62,866 nucleotides of DNA, filler included, from 7 parts of 7 records of this genome joined end to end with filler, not necessarily neighbours in it, one strand, 5' to 3'. Shown: positions 32,549-42,885, counted from the whole stretch's first letter. Numbers and translations: made by a program. The notes: a model not told the origin generated them from the sequence alone.

Positions 32549-33451
32549 TCAGGCTTTCAGGTGCTTGTCAAAAAAGGCAAACATGTCGTTGTTGACATCC
32601 GGCTCGTTCCAGCGCAGGTCAATGCCGCCGTGATTATAGCCGTCTCGCAGCAACAGCTCGGCATGGCCGTCGCCGCAGACGGCACGCACCTTCTCTTCAA
32701 GCAGCTGCGAGTGGATCACTGGCACGATCATATCGGCTGTGCCGTGCTCTATAAATACTGGCGGAAAGTCCTTCGTTATAAAATTGAGCGGATTAGTAAA
32801 ATAGAGCAGCCCGCCGATATCCTCGGAATGCGCGCCTAAAAGATGCATTTCGATATCGGGAAAATACGGGTCTGCCGCCGGCGGGTCCCGGCGCGCCATT
32901 TCGCTTTCCAACGCGAAGTCGTACGGACCGAAACGGCTGGCAACAGCCTGCACCACGCTGGAATACGTGGCATGGCCCTGTGATAAGTCCTCAAATGCGG
33001 AATTCTCCTGCGTGGCGGCGGCCATCACAATATAGTGTCCGCCGGCGCTGTCGCCGCACAGTCCGAAGCGTTCCCCGTCCAGCTGATATTTGGCGGCGTT
33101 GGCGCGAAGAAAACGGACAGCGGCTTTAACGTCAAAAACAGCGGCGGGGTATTTAGCCTCAAAGGCCAGACGGTACTCAACCGACACGACGGCATAGCCG
33201 CGATCGATACCGTCAATAGCCTGAAGAAACTGATCATCCCGTTTTTCGCCCAGTATAAAGGCCCCGCCATGGACAAATATGATCGTCGGGAACGGTCCGT
33301 CGCCCTCCGGCGGCAGATAAATATCGAGCTTTTGATTCGGCGATTGTTCCGCGTACGCAATGTCGAGATATTTGCGCTTGATATGGCCAACCTCAAGAAT
33401 CGGCTTTTCCATTGAGCCGTCAAATGGATTGAAATCGGCATAGAGATCCAT
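32549..33451 (-). CDS. Alpha/beta hydrolase (HSL-family esterase), paralog 2
   Basis: Same motifs, strongly similar to the adjacent gene. Confidence 0.9.
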   Translation of the reverse strand: MDLYADFNPFDGSMEKPILEVGHIKRKYLDIAYAEQSPNQKLDIYLPPEGDGPFPTIIFVHGGAFILGEKRDDQFLQAIDGIDRGYAVVSVEYRLAFEAKYPAAVFDVKAAVRFLRANAAKYQLDGERFGLCGDSAGGHYIVMAAATQENSAFEDLSQGHATYSSVVQAVASRFGPYDFALESEMARRDPPAADPYFPDIEMHLLGAHSEDIGGLLYFTNPLNFITKDFPPVFIEHGTADMIVPVIHSQLLEEKVRAVCGDGHAELLLRDGYNHGGIDLRWNEPDVNNDMFAFFDKHLKA

Positions 33452-33516
33452 AATACCGCCTCCTGTAATTAGATTTTTACTAATAAGTATCGACGAAAAC
33501 GCTGCCCTGCCAAACT

Positions 33517-33682
33517 TTCCTCAGTCAGCTGTGCTGACAGCTTCCTCATGGAGGCCGCCTTTCAAGCCTTCCCCATGAGGAAGGTGGCGCGGCGCCAGCC
33601 GTGACGGATGAAGGCCCTGTTTATTTTGCTATTTTACCCTCATCAGTCAGCTTAGCTGACAGCTGCCCCCAAGGGAAGCCTC
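33517..33682. repeat. Composite palindromic intergenic repeat (REP/MITE-like)
   Basis: Two TCAGTCAGCT..GCTGACAGCT hairpin units flanking an inverted-type unit GAGGAAGGTGGCGCGG..GTGACGGATGAAGG. Confidence 0.7.
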
Positions 33683-33741
33683 ATGAAGCAGGGTAATTGG
33701 GATAACCCCCTATTTCTTTAGAGAGCGGCAGGTGGATTAGA

Positions 33742-34506
33742 TCAGGGATTTTTGGCTTTCTCGGCGAGGTCTTTGAGTATCCCGGCAAACTCATCGTAAT
33801 ACTGCTGCTTGCTCTCGTGGGAGGACAGATGGTGCTCCATACGCGTAAGATTTGTCAAAACCGTCGGGATCCACGTATGCGGTATGCTGATGAGCAGTGT
33901 GTCGGACGGCCAGAGCTCACGGCCGCGCGGGCCGTGGACAAGCGCGGGGACAGTGAAATTGACCTCGTGCGTCTTATACGGATATAAAAGGAACCACGCA
34001 CAGCCCATAACGGGCGTGCAGGACGATTTATACATTTCACCTGTGGAGTACGTCACAGCGCGCAAAACGATCTCCGCTTGCTCGGGCGGCGCGCTGATGA
34101 CCAGCACGTCCGGCTCAAAATTAAGCTGGTCGGCTGGTGAGAACGACACGTAATTCGTGACATTCCGGTCCAGCTTCGGGACGAACTGATAAAAATGCTC
34201 GTTGGCGCGCGCCTCCTCGAAGACGCCGAGCCGCTCGCCGATGTTCCCGCTCTCGGCAAAGGGAGCCATGTCCTCCATGCCCAAAAGGATCTTGCCTACG
34301 CACGTTTCCTTATGGTCCTTGGAGAAATAAAAAGGACGATTTTCAAGCTGAGACGTCCGAAGTATCTCGCACAGTGACAGCTCGGCGGTCTCCTCAAGCG
34401 GCGGAATACCTTCCGGCCGGAAGAAGCTGAACTTGACGCCGACCGGCGGGTCCTTCAGCCCTATGTCCCGAAGCGGCGCGTAGTCGTTGCGCAGTGTATT
34501 AAACAT
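33742..34506 (-). CDS. DUF169-family protein
   Basis: PPVGVKF, LCE, C..G...LG, EPDVLVI...PEQ pattern; likely start MFNTLR after AAGGAG. Confidence 0.75.
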   Translation of the reverse strand: MFNTLRNDYAPLRDIGLKDPPVGVKFSFFRPEGIPPLEETAELSLCEILRTSQLENRPFYFSKDHKETCVGKILLGMEDMAPFAESGNIGERLGVFEEARANEHFYQFVPKLDRNVTNYVSFSPADQLNFEPDVLVISAPPEQAEIVLRAVTYSTGEMYKSSCTPVMGCAWFLLYPYKTHEVNFTVPALVHGPRGRELWPSDTLLISIPHTWIPTVLTNLTRMEHHLSSHESKQQYYDEFAGILKDLAEKAKNP

Positions 34507-34664
34507 GAAATCGTCTCCTTTTATGTATTCAGGCTTAAATAGCCCCGCAGAATTTCCGTCGCGCACGTCAGAAATTAAGTTAAATCAATTATTTTCGGGG
34601 AATGCGCATCGAAAATGACACTTATCATGGCGGTTACGGCAGAGCAGCCATCATGCAAACTTCC

Positions 34665-34725
34665 TGTTGACAAAGCTCATAGAGCTCCGTCAACAGCCTG
34701 AACAGCCCGCGTACGCGGGGCTGTT
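34665..34725. other. Two tandem hairpins just downstream of the CLec gene
   Basis: CTGTTGAC..AGCTC-ATA-GAGCT..GTCAACAG and AACAGCCC-GCGTACGC-GGGGCTGTT; no U-tract. Confidence 0.65.
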
Positions 34726-34740
34726 AAAAGCTTTATGAGA

Positions 34741-35850
34741 CTATAAATTAACATACGCGGCACGAAAACCGACGTCGGGGAATATCCAGGTGCGCGCGTC
34801 GCGGATATAAAGCTCCCACAAGCCGGCGCTGTTGCCGTCAAGCCAGGAGCCGCCGCGCAGGGCGATATGCTCGCCGTAATTGCGGACAAAAAGGCGGTCG
34901 GGCGAATCGGCAACGGGATACAGGCCAAGCTCCAGCAGCTTCTGGTGGACGGGGATGCCGTCTTCAGCCGTCAGCTCTCCCATCGGCATCATCGTCCAGC
35001 TGTGAAAGCTGCTGCCATCGTCGCCGGTATACAGGGGCTTTGTAATCTCCGTGCTCAGACGGACACCGCCCTGAACGAGCGCGGCGTCGCTGTCGGCGTT
35101 GCCCTCCTCGATACCGTCATATTTATAGGTGCCGACGCTTCCCGGCTCAACATAGCTTCCGCTTGTATCGACGGCTTTCCACAGCGTACTAGACGCACTC
35201 TCGTCAACGTTCAGAGCACTGTCGTTATCGGGGATAACCTGCAGCTCGCCGTCCATGATGCGAAGACCCGCCACGAAGTCCCAGACGTTTCCGGCGAGAT
35301 CGAAAATGCCGGCCGATGTCCCGTCGTGCGACCAGTCGTCCGGACCACTGCCGGTGAGTGTGCGCCCCTCCTTATAGGGCCCCATCGGGATGCCGGAGGG
35401 TAGCGTTTTCACGCCGCGCCGGTGCGGCGCGGCAATATCGCAGCCATACTGATTGTTGCTGCGCGGCAGCGTGCCGTTTTTGCGGCTCCAGAAAGCAATC
35501 GCCATCCATTCCGCGTTCGTCATCAGATGCCAGCCGGGACCCTTTTGGGCGCAGGCCTGCCGCGCCTCGTCAATAGACAGCGTGTGCGCCGGCTCCCGAT
35601 TTGGCAACGAGTAGGCACGGCCCCGCTCGACGATATTGAGATATTTACTGATATAAATACAATCCTTCACCTCGCCGCTGACGACAAACGCCGAGCACGG
35701 CTCGTCCGCGCCGCCGTCCATTACGTCCGACCAGTTGAAGCGCGGTATGCGCACCATGACAGAAGGCATACCCACCTCGTCCAGAATCAGTGTATTCTTA
35801 CCGCCGGTTGCGGCCTCAAGCGCGAAACGCGCCTCATCAAATCGTGCCAT
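34741..35850 (-). CDS. FGE-sulfatase/CLec-fold protein resembling phage DGR-target (Mtd-like) proteins
   Basis: GWHLMTNAEW, HDGT..GIFDLAGNVWD, C-terminal RGGSW...GFRAAY. Confidence 0.8.
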   Translation of the reverse strand: MARFDEARFALEAATGGKNTLILDEVGMPSVMVRIPRFNWSDVMDGGADEPCSAFVVSGEVKDCIYISKYLNIVERGRAYSLPNREPAHTLSIDEARQACAQKGPGWHLMTNAEWMAIAFWSRKNGTLPRSNNQYGCDIAAPHRRGVKTLPSGIPMGPYKEGRTLTGSGPDDWSHDGTSAGIFDLAGNVWDFVAGLRIMDGELQVIPDNDSALNVDESASSTLWKAVDTSGSYVEPGSVGTYKYDGIEEGNADSDAALVQGGVRLSTEITKPLYTGDDGSSFHSWTMMPMGELTAEDGIPVHQKLLELGLYPVADSPDRLFVRNYGEHIALRGGSWLDGNSAGLWELYIRDARTWIFPDVGFRAAYVNL

Positions 35851-35853
35851 ATG

Positions 35854-36180
35854 TTACACCTCCAATGCCCAGAGCGTTAGCTTAACGGCATCTGTCTCGA
35901 TCGGTTTTGCAGCCTTGCTCAGCTGTGGGAATCCGAAATCGTCCGGCATGCCGGCTGTAATCTCGTACGCACGGGGCGGAATATCAAGCTCGGCGACATA
36001 CCGGTCCGCCGGACCCAAAACAAGCGCGCCCGTTTCGTCGGCGCTGATATCCAGATGGACGGGAAAATCCCGCTCAAACGCCGCCAGATTGAGCGTCAGT
36101 GCGCCGTCATTAAGATGGAGCTTTGTACCATCGAGCGTATAGGGCATATAAATACCTTTGTTCTTCTCAGTTACAATCAT
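35854..36180 (-). CDS. Phage-type hypothetical protein
   Basis: 108 aa from MIVTEKN after GGAGG; ends VKLTLWALEV; coupled to both neighbours. Confidence 0.7.
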   Translation of the reverse strand: MIVTEKNKGIYMPYTLDGTKLHLNDGALTLNLAAFERDFPVHLDISADETGALVLGPADRYVAELDIPPRAYEITAGMPDDFGFPQLSKAAKPIETDAVKLTLWALEV

Positions 36181-36442
36181 GGCAATCCCCTCCGATGACG
36201 CTGTACAGGATAACCGCGTGTGACGCCGAGCCGGTAAACGCCAGCTTAAACCCGTTTCTCGCCTTGCCGAAAACAATAACGTCGCCTATTTCGCCCGACG
36301 ATTCGGCGACCTCCGTCAGGACATCATACCGGCACGTATCCAGCGAGGCCGCCAGCGCGATCGTTGTAACCGAGTCGTTAAACGGATATGGCTTTGTATT
36401 CGTGAGTGTTACAAGACCCGCAAGCGTTTTTTGATCATTCAT
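36167..36442 (-). CDS. Phage tail-associated small protein
   Basis: VTLTNT.PYPFNDS and GDV...K..NGFKLAFTGSA pattern; GGAGGAGG RBS. Confidence 0.65.
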   Translation of the reverse strand: MNDQKTLAGLVTLTNTKPYPFNDSVTTIALAASLDTCRYDVLTEVAESSGEIGDVIVFGKARNGFKLAFTGSASHAVILYSVIGGDCHDCN

Positions 36443-36605
36443 GGGTTGTCCTCCTCCCCCGTTATAAACCTGTTAAATAGTTTATCTTATGAGACTAAAA
36501 CCGTCAACCAATATTCACCGTTCTTTCCATAAAACAGGTCACGGCCTTAATTAATTTGCCCAAGCAGCGCGCGTATATTGAAAAAACTGCTGTGTATTAT
36601 ATCGA

Positions 36606-36657
36606 TTGACTTCGCCGGGACCACGCTTTATAATACATATGAACACTTATTCATATG
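36606..36657 (+). promoter_or_regulatory. Promoter with ArsR/SmtB operator
   Basis: TTGACT-17 nt-TATAAT followed by inverted repeat CATATGAA-CACTTA-TTCATATG. Confidence 0.85.
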
Positions 36658-36673
36658 ATAGGATGATGCTACA

Positions 36674-37024
36674 ATGGGTGATCAACCACAGACACCGCTT
36701 TCTATGTGCTGCGAGGGCGCGGAAATGGCCGGTGAGGCGATGCCGGACGACGAGATTTTATACGATTTGGCGGAGCTGTTTCGGATCTTCGGCGATTCGA
36801 CACGGATTAAAATTTTATATGTCCTGCTTCAGGCGGAAATGTGCGTGGGAGACGTGGCCCAGCTTCTGGGTATGAGCCAGTCGGCCATCTCCCACCAGCT
36901 GCGCGTTTTAAAGCAGAGCAAGCTCGTTAAATACCGCCGCGAAGGTAAAACCATTCTGTATTCCCTGGCAGACGGGCACGTACGGGCGATTATTGACCAG
37001 GGTATGGAGCATATCTCAGAGTAA
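36674..37024 (+). CDS. ArsR/SmtB-family metal-sensing repressor
   Basis: LFRIFGDSTRIKIL, EMCVGD, SQSAISHQLRVL, D.H..EH alpha5 site. Confidence 0.92.
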   Translation: MGDQPQTPLSMCCEGAEMAGEAMPDDEILYDLAELFRIFGDSTRIKILYVLLQAEMCVGDVAQLLGMSQSAISHQLRVLKQSKLVKYRREGKTILYSLADGHVRAIIDQGMEHISE

Positions 37025-37036
37025 ACGGAGGCAACT

Positions 37037-37255
37037 ATGACAAAAAAATATACGCTCAAGGGGCTCGGCTGCGCTACCTGCGCGGCCAAGATGGAAACGG
37101 CCATCAAAAAAATCAAGGGCGTTAACGACGCTTCGATCAGCTTTTTGACACAGCGGCTGATGCTGGACGCGGACGACGAGCGCCTGGATGAGATTCTGGC
37201 GAGAGCGGCGGCTGCCTGCCGGCGCATCGAGCCGGACTGTGAGCTGAAATACTAA
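37037..37255 (+). CDS. Heavy-metal-associated (HMA) domain protein
   Basis: GLGCATCAAK CxxC motif. Confidence 0.88.
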   Translation: MTKKYTLKGLGCATCAAKMETAIKKIKGVNDASISFLTQRLMLDADDERLDEILARAAAACRRIEPDCELKY

Positions 37256-37273
37256 CAGGAAGAGTAAACAGAT

Positions 37274-38329
37274 ATGAGCAACGCACAAAAAAGGACACTG
37301 TACCGTATACTTGCCGGCGCCGTTCTTTATGCCGCCGCGATCATAATACCGGCCAATAACCAACTGAAACTGATCTTATATCTTATCCCCTACGCCGTCG
37401 TCGGTGCGGATATTTTATGGTCGGCCCTGCGCAATATCATGCGCGGTCAGGTTTTTGACGAAAATCTTCTGATGAGTCTGGCCTCCGTCGGCGCTTTTTG
37501 TATCGGCGAATACCCGGAGGCCGTGGCCGTCATGCTGTTTTATCAGGTTGGCGAGCTGTTTCAGGACTATGCCGTAGACCGTGCGCGCCGGTCCATCACG
37601 GATTTGATGGACATACGTCCGGACTATGCCGTTATTGAAAAGGACGGCGCGCTCACACGCGTGGACCCGGAGGACATCGCCATTGGCGACGTTATCGTTG
37701 TCAAGGCCGGCGAACGCGTCCCCCTTGACGGCGTCGTGATCGACGGCCACGCAGCGCTGGACACCGCCGCGCTGACGGGCGAGTCCGTACCCCGCGAGGT
37801 TATCGTCGGCGACGATATTGTCAGCGGCGTCATCAACATTAACGGTCTTTTACGCATCCGCGTCACAAAGACCTTCGACGACTCTACCGTTATGCGCATA
37901 CTGGAGCTCGTGGAGGAATCGGCTGCTAAGAAGGCGAAGGCCGAAAGCTTCATTACCCGCTTTGCGCGCTTTTATACGCCGGTTGTTGTCATTGGCGCGC
38001 TCCTTCTGGCCGTGCTCCCGCCTCTGTTTTTTCACGGCATCTGGAGCGACTGGATACAGCGGGCGCTGATTTTCCTCGTCATCTCCTGCCCGTGCGCGCT
38101 GGTAATCTCCGTCCCGCTGAGCTTTTTCGGCGGCATCGGCGGCGCGTCCAAATGCGGCATCCTCATTAAGGGCGGCAATTACCTGGAGGCGCTGGCGCGG
38201 ACAGAAACAGTTGTTTTTGACAAAACAGGCACGCTGACGAAGGGAACGTTTCGCGTCACGGCCGTTCATCCGGAGGCTATATCGGAGCTGGAGCTGCTGG
38301 AGCTGGCCGCTCACGCCGAGAGCTTTTCG
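37274..38329 (+). CDS. cadA: Heavy-metal P1B-type ATPase (Cd/Zn), 3'-truncated
   Basis: LTGES, SCPCAL, FDKTGTLT motifs. Confidence 0.9.
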
Positions 38330-38429
38330 NNNNNNNNNNNNNNNNNNNNNNNNNNNNNNNNNNNNNNNNNNNNTTAATTAATTAANNNNNNNNNNNNNNN
38401 NNNNNNNNNNNNNNNNNNNNNNNNNNNNN
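38330..38429. other. Contig-joining spacer
   Basis: N-run, TTAATTAATTAA, N-run. Confidence 0.98.
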
Positions 38430-39072
38430 CGAAGCCGGACATGCTACAATTAGTTGGTTATTAGAGCATGCTCACCCTCTTGTAAAAGTAACTATTGTTC
38501 CGCGTGGGAAAGCTCTTGGTGCAGCATGGTATTTGCCTGAAGAACGATCAATTACAACGAAGGAGCAGTTGCTCGATGAAATGTGTTCTGCACTTGGTGG
38601 AAGAGCAGCTGAACAGCTTACTTTTGGTACTATTTCAACTGGTGCGCAAAATGATTTGGAGAAAATAACCAAGCAAGCTTATGCGATGATTAGCATTTTT
38701 GGAATGAGCGATACCGTTGGAAATGTTAGTTTTTATGATTCGACGGGACAGAGTGATTATGCATTCTCAAAACCTTACAGCGAAAAAACAGCTGAACTAA
38801 TTGATGAAGAATCAAAAAAAATAATTGACAATCAATATGAACGTGCCCTGAAAGTTTTGAGTGACAATATGGAAGGTCATAAAAAACTGGCTGCTAAATT
38901 ATTGGAAAAAGAAGTTATTTTTGGAGAAGATCTTGAAGAAATATTTGGGAAACGGCCATGGCACAAAGAGATGCTTAGCGAACCAAATGGCGAAAGCAAA
39001 GATAATGCGATAACTGAAACAGATACAAAAACAGATAATAACGAGGAAGCAACCGAAGCAACAACTACCTAA
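38430..39072 (+). CDS. ftsH: FtsH protease, C-terminal part (5'-truncated)
   Basis: (H)EAGHA at contig start, LGGRAAE, STGAQNDLE motifs. Confidence 0.93.
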
Positions 39073-39704
39073 TGGGAGCACGTGAAAATATTCTCGGAAG
39101 ATTAAAGCAAGCCAGTGATAGGCGTGGGGTAATTGAACAAAGTCAGCCGGATTGGGAAACATCTGTTTATTTGGAGCAAGGACAAGATCTGGCTGAGAAT
39201 TTCAAGACGAATCTGGAGATTGTTGCAGGTGAAGTTATCCGTACAAAGAGTTTGGAAACAGCGACTGATGAATTAAAATTATTGCTAGCCAAACTAAATG
39301 TTGAAAAGCCTTTTTGTCTTGATTTAAAACTCAAAAAGGCTTTTAAGGATAAGGTTAATTTCACTTCTTCTAAAAAGGATTTTGAGAGCTTGCAGGTAGG
39401 GATTACTCCGTGTGAGTTCCTGGTAGCCCATTTAGGTTCTGTGTTAATTAGCTCAGCTGGTGCTTCTGGTCGGAGACTTCATGTATATCCCGAAACGCAT
39501 ATTGTCGTTGCTCACGAGAAACAATTGGTTCGTTTTCTTGATGATGGGATTGATAAGCTTCAACAAAAATATAAGGACAATTTTCCATCGATGGTTACTA
39601 ATATTACTGGTCCGAGTCGTACCGCTGATATTGAAAAAACATTGGTTATGGGAATGCATGGTCCACGAAAATTAGTTGTACTTTTATGTGAAGAACCATT
39701 TTAA
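39072..39704 (+). CDS. LutC/YkgG (LUD-domain) protein
   Basis: ITGPSRTADIE..LV.G.HGP motif. Confidence 0.9.
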   Translation: MGARENILGRLKQASDRRGVIEQSQPDWETSVYLEQGQDLAENFKTNLEIVAGEVIRTKSLETATDELKLLLAKLNVEKPFCLDLKLKKAFKDKVNFTSSKKDFESLQVGITPCEFLVAHLGSVLISSAGASGRRLHVYPETHIVVAHEKQLVRFLDDGIDKLQQKYKDNFPSMVTNITGPSRTADIEKTLVMGMHGPRKLVVLLCEEPF

Positions 39705-39713
39705 AGAATCTCA

Positions 39714-39923
39714 ATGGAAAAAGATTTTGAACTTGTATATTCAACCGGTCAGGAATACCAGGCCGAAATTGCACGTGAACTGTTGGAAGATAATGATATT
39801 CTATCTGTTGTTCTAAATCAAAAAGATTCCATGTATCAGTTAAATCATGGGAATATTGAAGTTTATGTGCATAAAAACAATATTGAAAAAGCAGAAGAAA
39901 TCCTTAAAAAGTTAAAAAGTTGA
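39714..39923 (+). CDS. DUF2007-like small protein
   Basis: AEIARELLEDNDI..VV...IEVYV....EKA pattern. Confidence 0.7.
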   Translation: MEKDFELVYSTGQEYQAEIARELLEDNDILSVVLNQKDSMYQLNHGNIEVYVHKNNIEKAEEILKKLKS

Positions 39924-40731
39924 AGAACCTGCTAACTCGTTCGCTTACCGGCGTTGTTTTTGTAACCGTTATTATAGCTTGTATTTGGTTTGGGAAGTAT
40001 AGTTTTCTCGTTCTGTTTCTGGCTTTAATGTTAGTTGGAATGTATGAGTTCATACAATTATTTAAAGGTTCTTCAATTAAGCTAGCACGCATTCCTGTAT
40101 TTCTGTCTGCTATTGTTGTTTTTACAATAACTGCACTAGTTTCTACAGGCATGCTTCAATCCAGCATTTATTTATTACTTATACCTATTCCAATCCTTAT
40201 TTGTATAATTGAACTTTATCGAAATAAAGAAACACCAATCGAAAATATAGCCATTTCGCTTTTTAGCATTATATATGTGGCAGTGCCATTTAGCTTAATT
40301 AGTTTACTTGTTTTCCCTGGCTCAGGTGTATACAATCCGAACTTGCTTATTGGTTTATTTATTATTATCTGGCTATATGATTCTTTCGCATATCTTTTTG
40401 GGGTATCTTTTGGCAGGCATCGATTGTTTGAGCGTATTTCTCCCAAAAATCATGGGAAGGAGCAATTGGTGGAGCTATGTCTACAATTGTAATCGTTTAT
40501 TTTTTGGCACAGTTTGCTCCTGAAATTGATCAGTTAAATTGGATGATAATTACTTTATTTGTGATTTTATTTTCAACTTTTGGAGATTTGACTGAATCTT
40601 TGTTTAAGCGTCAATTTGAATTGAAAGACAGCAGTAGTATTTTCCCGGGGCACGGTGGAGTTCTAGATCGCTTTGATTCACTTTTGTTTGCAGTCCCGAT
40701 TGTTGTTTTATATATCAAGCTTATTCTTTGA
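39920..40731 (+). CDS. cdsA: Phosphatidate cytidylyltransferase, frameshift at A-run ~40445
   Basis: ISPK(K)SWEG split by frameshift; GDLTESLFKR, PGHGGVLDRFDS motifs. Confidence 0.88.
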
Positions 40732-40819
40732 TAGGATCTTCTTCAATTTTTTCCAGATAACACGGCTTTGACTGCTGAAAAATATTTACATTTGCCACGG
40801 ACTAATTAAACTATTCACA

Positions 40820-41473
40820 ATGTTTCATCCTGCTGGCTATCGAATTATTCGTAATGTATTACTATTCTTGGTTTTTATTAATCTAATCTGTTGGTTTTTT
40901 GTTTCCATTACATTGTTAAATGGTTTGTTATCGTTTTCAAGTCTAATAATTCTTGTGTTGGTTTTGCAGTTTTTCCGCTACCCAAAACGATTTGTTGTCC
41001 TTAATGAGAAACATGTTCTAGCACCTTCTGATGGAAAGATTTGTGTAATTGAAGAAGCTGAGGAAAAAGAATTTCTGAAACAAAAATGTTTAAAGGTTTC
41101 CATTTTTATGTCACCCTTAAATGTGCATATTAATTGGGTTCCTGTTCCAGGAAAAGTTGTTTATTGTGAGCATAAACCCGGCGAATTTTATGCCGCTTTT
41201 AAAGATAAATCGGCCGAAGAAAATGAACGTTTTACAACTGCAATTGAACTTGCAGATGGGCGACAAATTGTAGCCAAACAAGTTGCTGGTGCAGTTGCCA
41301 GGCGAATTTTAAACTTTTTGAAACTTGGTGAAGAAGTTACTCAGGATGTTGAAATGGGTTTTATTCGTTTTGGTTCACGCGTTGATTTGTACATGCCTCT
41401 CGATACAAAGTTGAATATTGAACTTGGACAGAAAGTGACCGGTTCTCAAACAATTATTGGAGAACTAAGCTAA
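40820..41473 (+). CDS. psd: Phosphatidylserine decarboxylase
   Basis: IFMSPLNVH and FGSRVD self-cleavage motif. Confidence 0.92.
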   Translation: MFHPAGYRIIRNVLLFLVFINLICWFFVSITLLNGLLSFSSLIILVLVLQFFRYPKRFVVLNEKHVLAPSDGKICVIEEAEEKEFLKQKCLKVSIFMSPLNVHINWVPVPGKVVYCEHKPGEFYAAFKDKSAEENERFTTAIELADGRQIVAKQVAGAVARRILNFLKLGEEVTQDVEMGFIRFGSRVDLYMPLDTKLNIELGQKVTGSQTIIGELS

Positions 41474-42219
41474 TGAGCAACATTAGGAGTATATTTTTCT
41501 GGGTGCCCAATTTCATTACTTCCTTGAATTTGGCTGCAGGTAGTTTAGCTGTGTTTTTTGGTATTGAAGGTCAGCTGGGGTGGGCTGCTATTTTTATTTT
41601 TGCTGCGGCTGTATTTGATTTTCTTGATGGTTTGGCCGCAAGATTATTAAATGCTTACTCCGAAATCGGCAAACAATTGGATTCTCTGGCAGACCTTATT
41701 TCATTTGGATTAGCTCCGGGCGCAATGCTTTTTACCATGCTCGAGCTAAGCATGTTTAAAATGAACCAGCCTATTTTTGAAATTGAAGCTACGCCACTGC
41801 AATGGGTGTTTCTTTTTTCAGTGTTAATTGTTCCAATAGCTGGTGCATTCCGCCTTGCCAAATTTAATATTGATGATCGGCAAACAGACAGTTTTCTGGG
41901 GTTGCCAATTCCTGCAAATGCTATTTTTTATGCTTCACTAGGGCTGCTTCTTGAATTAGGTTCAAAAACTGAAATTAATGCAATTATCCTGAATCGCTTT
42001 AATTTAATGACATCCATTGTCTTATTATCCGCATTAATGATTTCAGAAGTTCCAATGTTCTCCTTCAAATTCAAGAATCTGAGTTGGAAAGATAATCAGC
42101 TTCGGTTCTTATTTATCTTGTTGGTTATTGTGTTGGCAGTTTTTCTGAAGCTTTATGCTATTCCGCTTGTGATTATAAGTTATGTCCTTACATCACTCAT
42201 TCAAAAAGTTATTTCATAA
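41473..42219 (+). CDS. pssA: Phosphatidylserine synthase (CDP-alcohol phosphotransferase)
   Basis: DFLDGLAAR..GKQLDSLADLISFG and RLAKFN motifs. Confidence 0.92.
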   Translation: MSNIRSIFFWVPNFITSLNLAAGSLAVFFGIEGQLGWAAIFIFAAAVFDFLDGLAARLLNAYSEIGKQLDSLADLISFGLAPGAMLFTMLELSMFKMNQPIFEIEATPLQWVFLFSVLIVPIAGAFRLAKFNIDDRQTDSFLGLPIPANAIFYASLGLLLELGSKTEINAIILNRFNLMTSIVLLSALMISEVPMFSFKFKNLSWKDNQLRFLFILLVIVLAVFLKLYAIPLVIISYVLTSLIQKVIS

Positions 42220-42799
42220 ATAGCTGCAGCGGATTCCATCCGCTATTTTTTAGTGAATAGAATTTGTTTCATCAAGAAATAAAATCTTCCCCCAAGATAG
42301 CTCTCGAGTGTAAAAAAACTTTTGTTAACTTGTGTTGCTAAAATCGAACTCAGGTTATTAGTAAACAGGAAAAATTCTCACAATGATATAAATTGAGTCT
42401 CTTGGTTTACTTTGGCAATACTATTGATGTTGATTGATTTTAGGAAATCAATTAAGTATTGGTATTTATTGTTGTTATTTTTTGTAATTAGATTCGTTGA
42501 TTATATATAAAACACGATAACAATGACATATCCTAATACTCAATTGATAAAATCTCATATTTTCAAAAATAATTTATATTTCAATTGGAGTGCTACGTTA
42601 TATCACACCGTTTCCGTTTTATTAATGTTTATATCATTAAAGAATATTATCACTCCCTCGCATACTGGATTGAGATTAAGACAGAATGACAAATCAATCA
42701 AATTTCACGGATTTCAATTAGGTGATAATTTTCAATTTTATTTCGGTTTTCTCACAATAATAATATCAGGAATTAATGGATTTGTCTATGCCTTGATTA

Positions 42800-42885
42800 G
42801 AGAGAAGTGGCAGTTTGGTTTTTCCTGTGATTGCTCACTGCACCGTAATCACCAACTTCGCATATTGCCACGGGTGTAAAACATT
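42800..42885. repeat. Degenerate attC-like half site
   Basis: Ends CCAACTTCGCATATTGCCAC-GGGTGTAAAACAT immediately before a compact gene. Confidence 0.45.

Noticed and set aside
34540-34566. Extended DUF169 ORF begins DGNSAGL, the same heptapeptide as in the CLec tip at ~34820-34840, suggesting a template repeat
   Set aside because: The codons differ at synonymous positions (gac gga aat tct gcg ggg cta versus gac ggc aac agc gcc ggc ttg), similarity does not extend, and the mismatches are not adenine-specific. Treated as coincidence; the real start is probably 34506.
28480-38314. Numerous overlapping antisense or alternate-frame ORFs in the GC-rich contig
   Set aside because: Shadow ORFs of well-supported genes, expected at high GC.
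42523-42879. 118-aa ORF upstream of the cassette gene
   Set aside because: No recognisable motifs or RBS, and it runs into the attC-like sequence; probably spurious or decayed.
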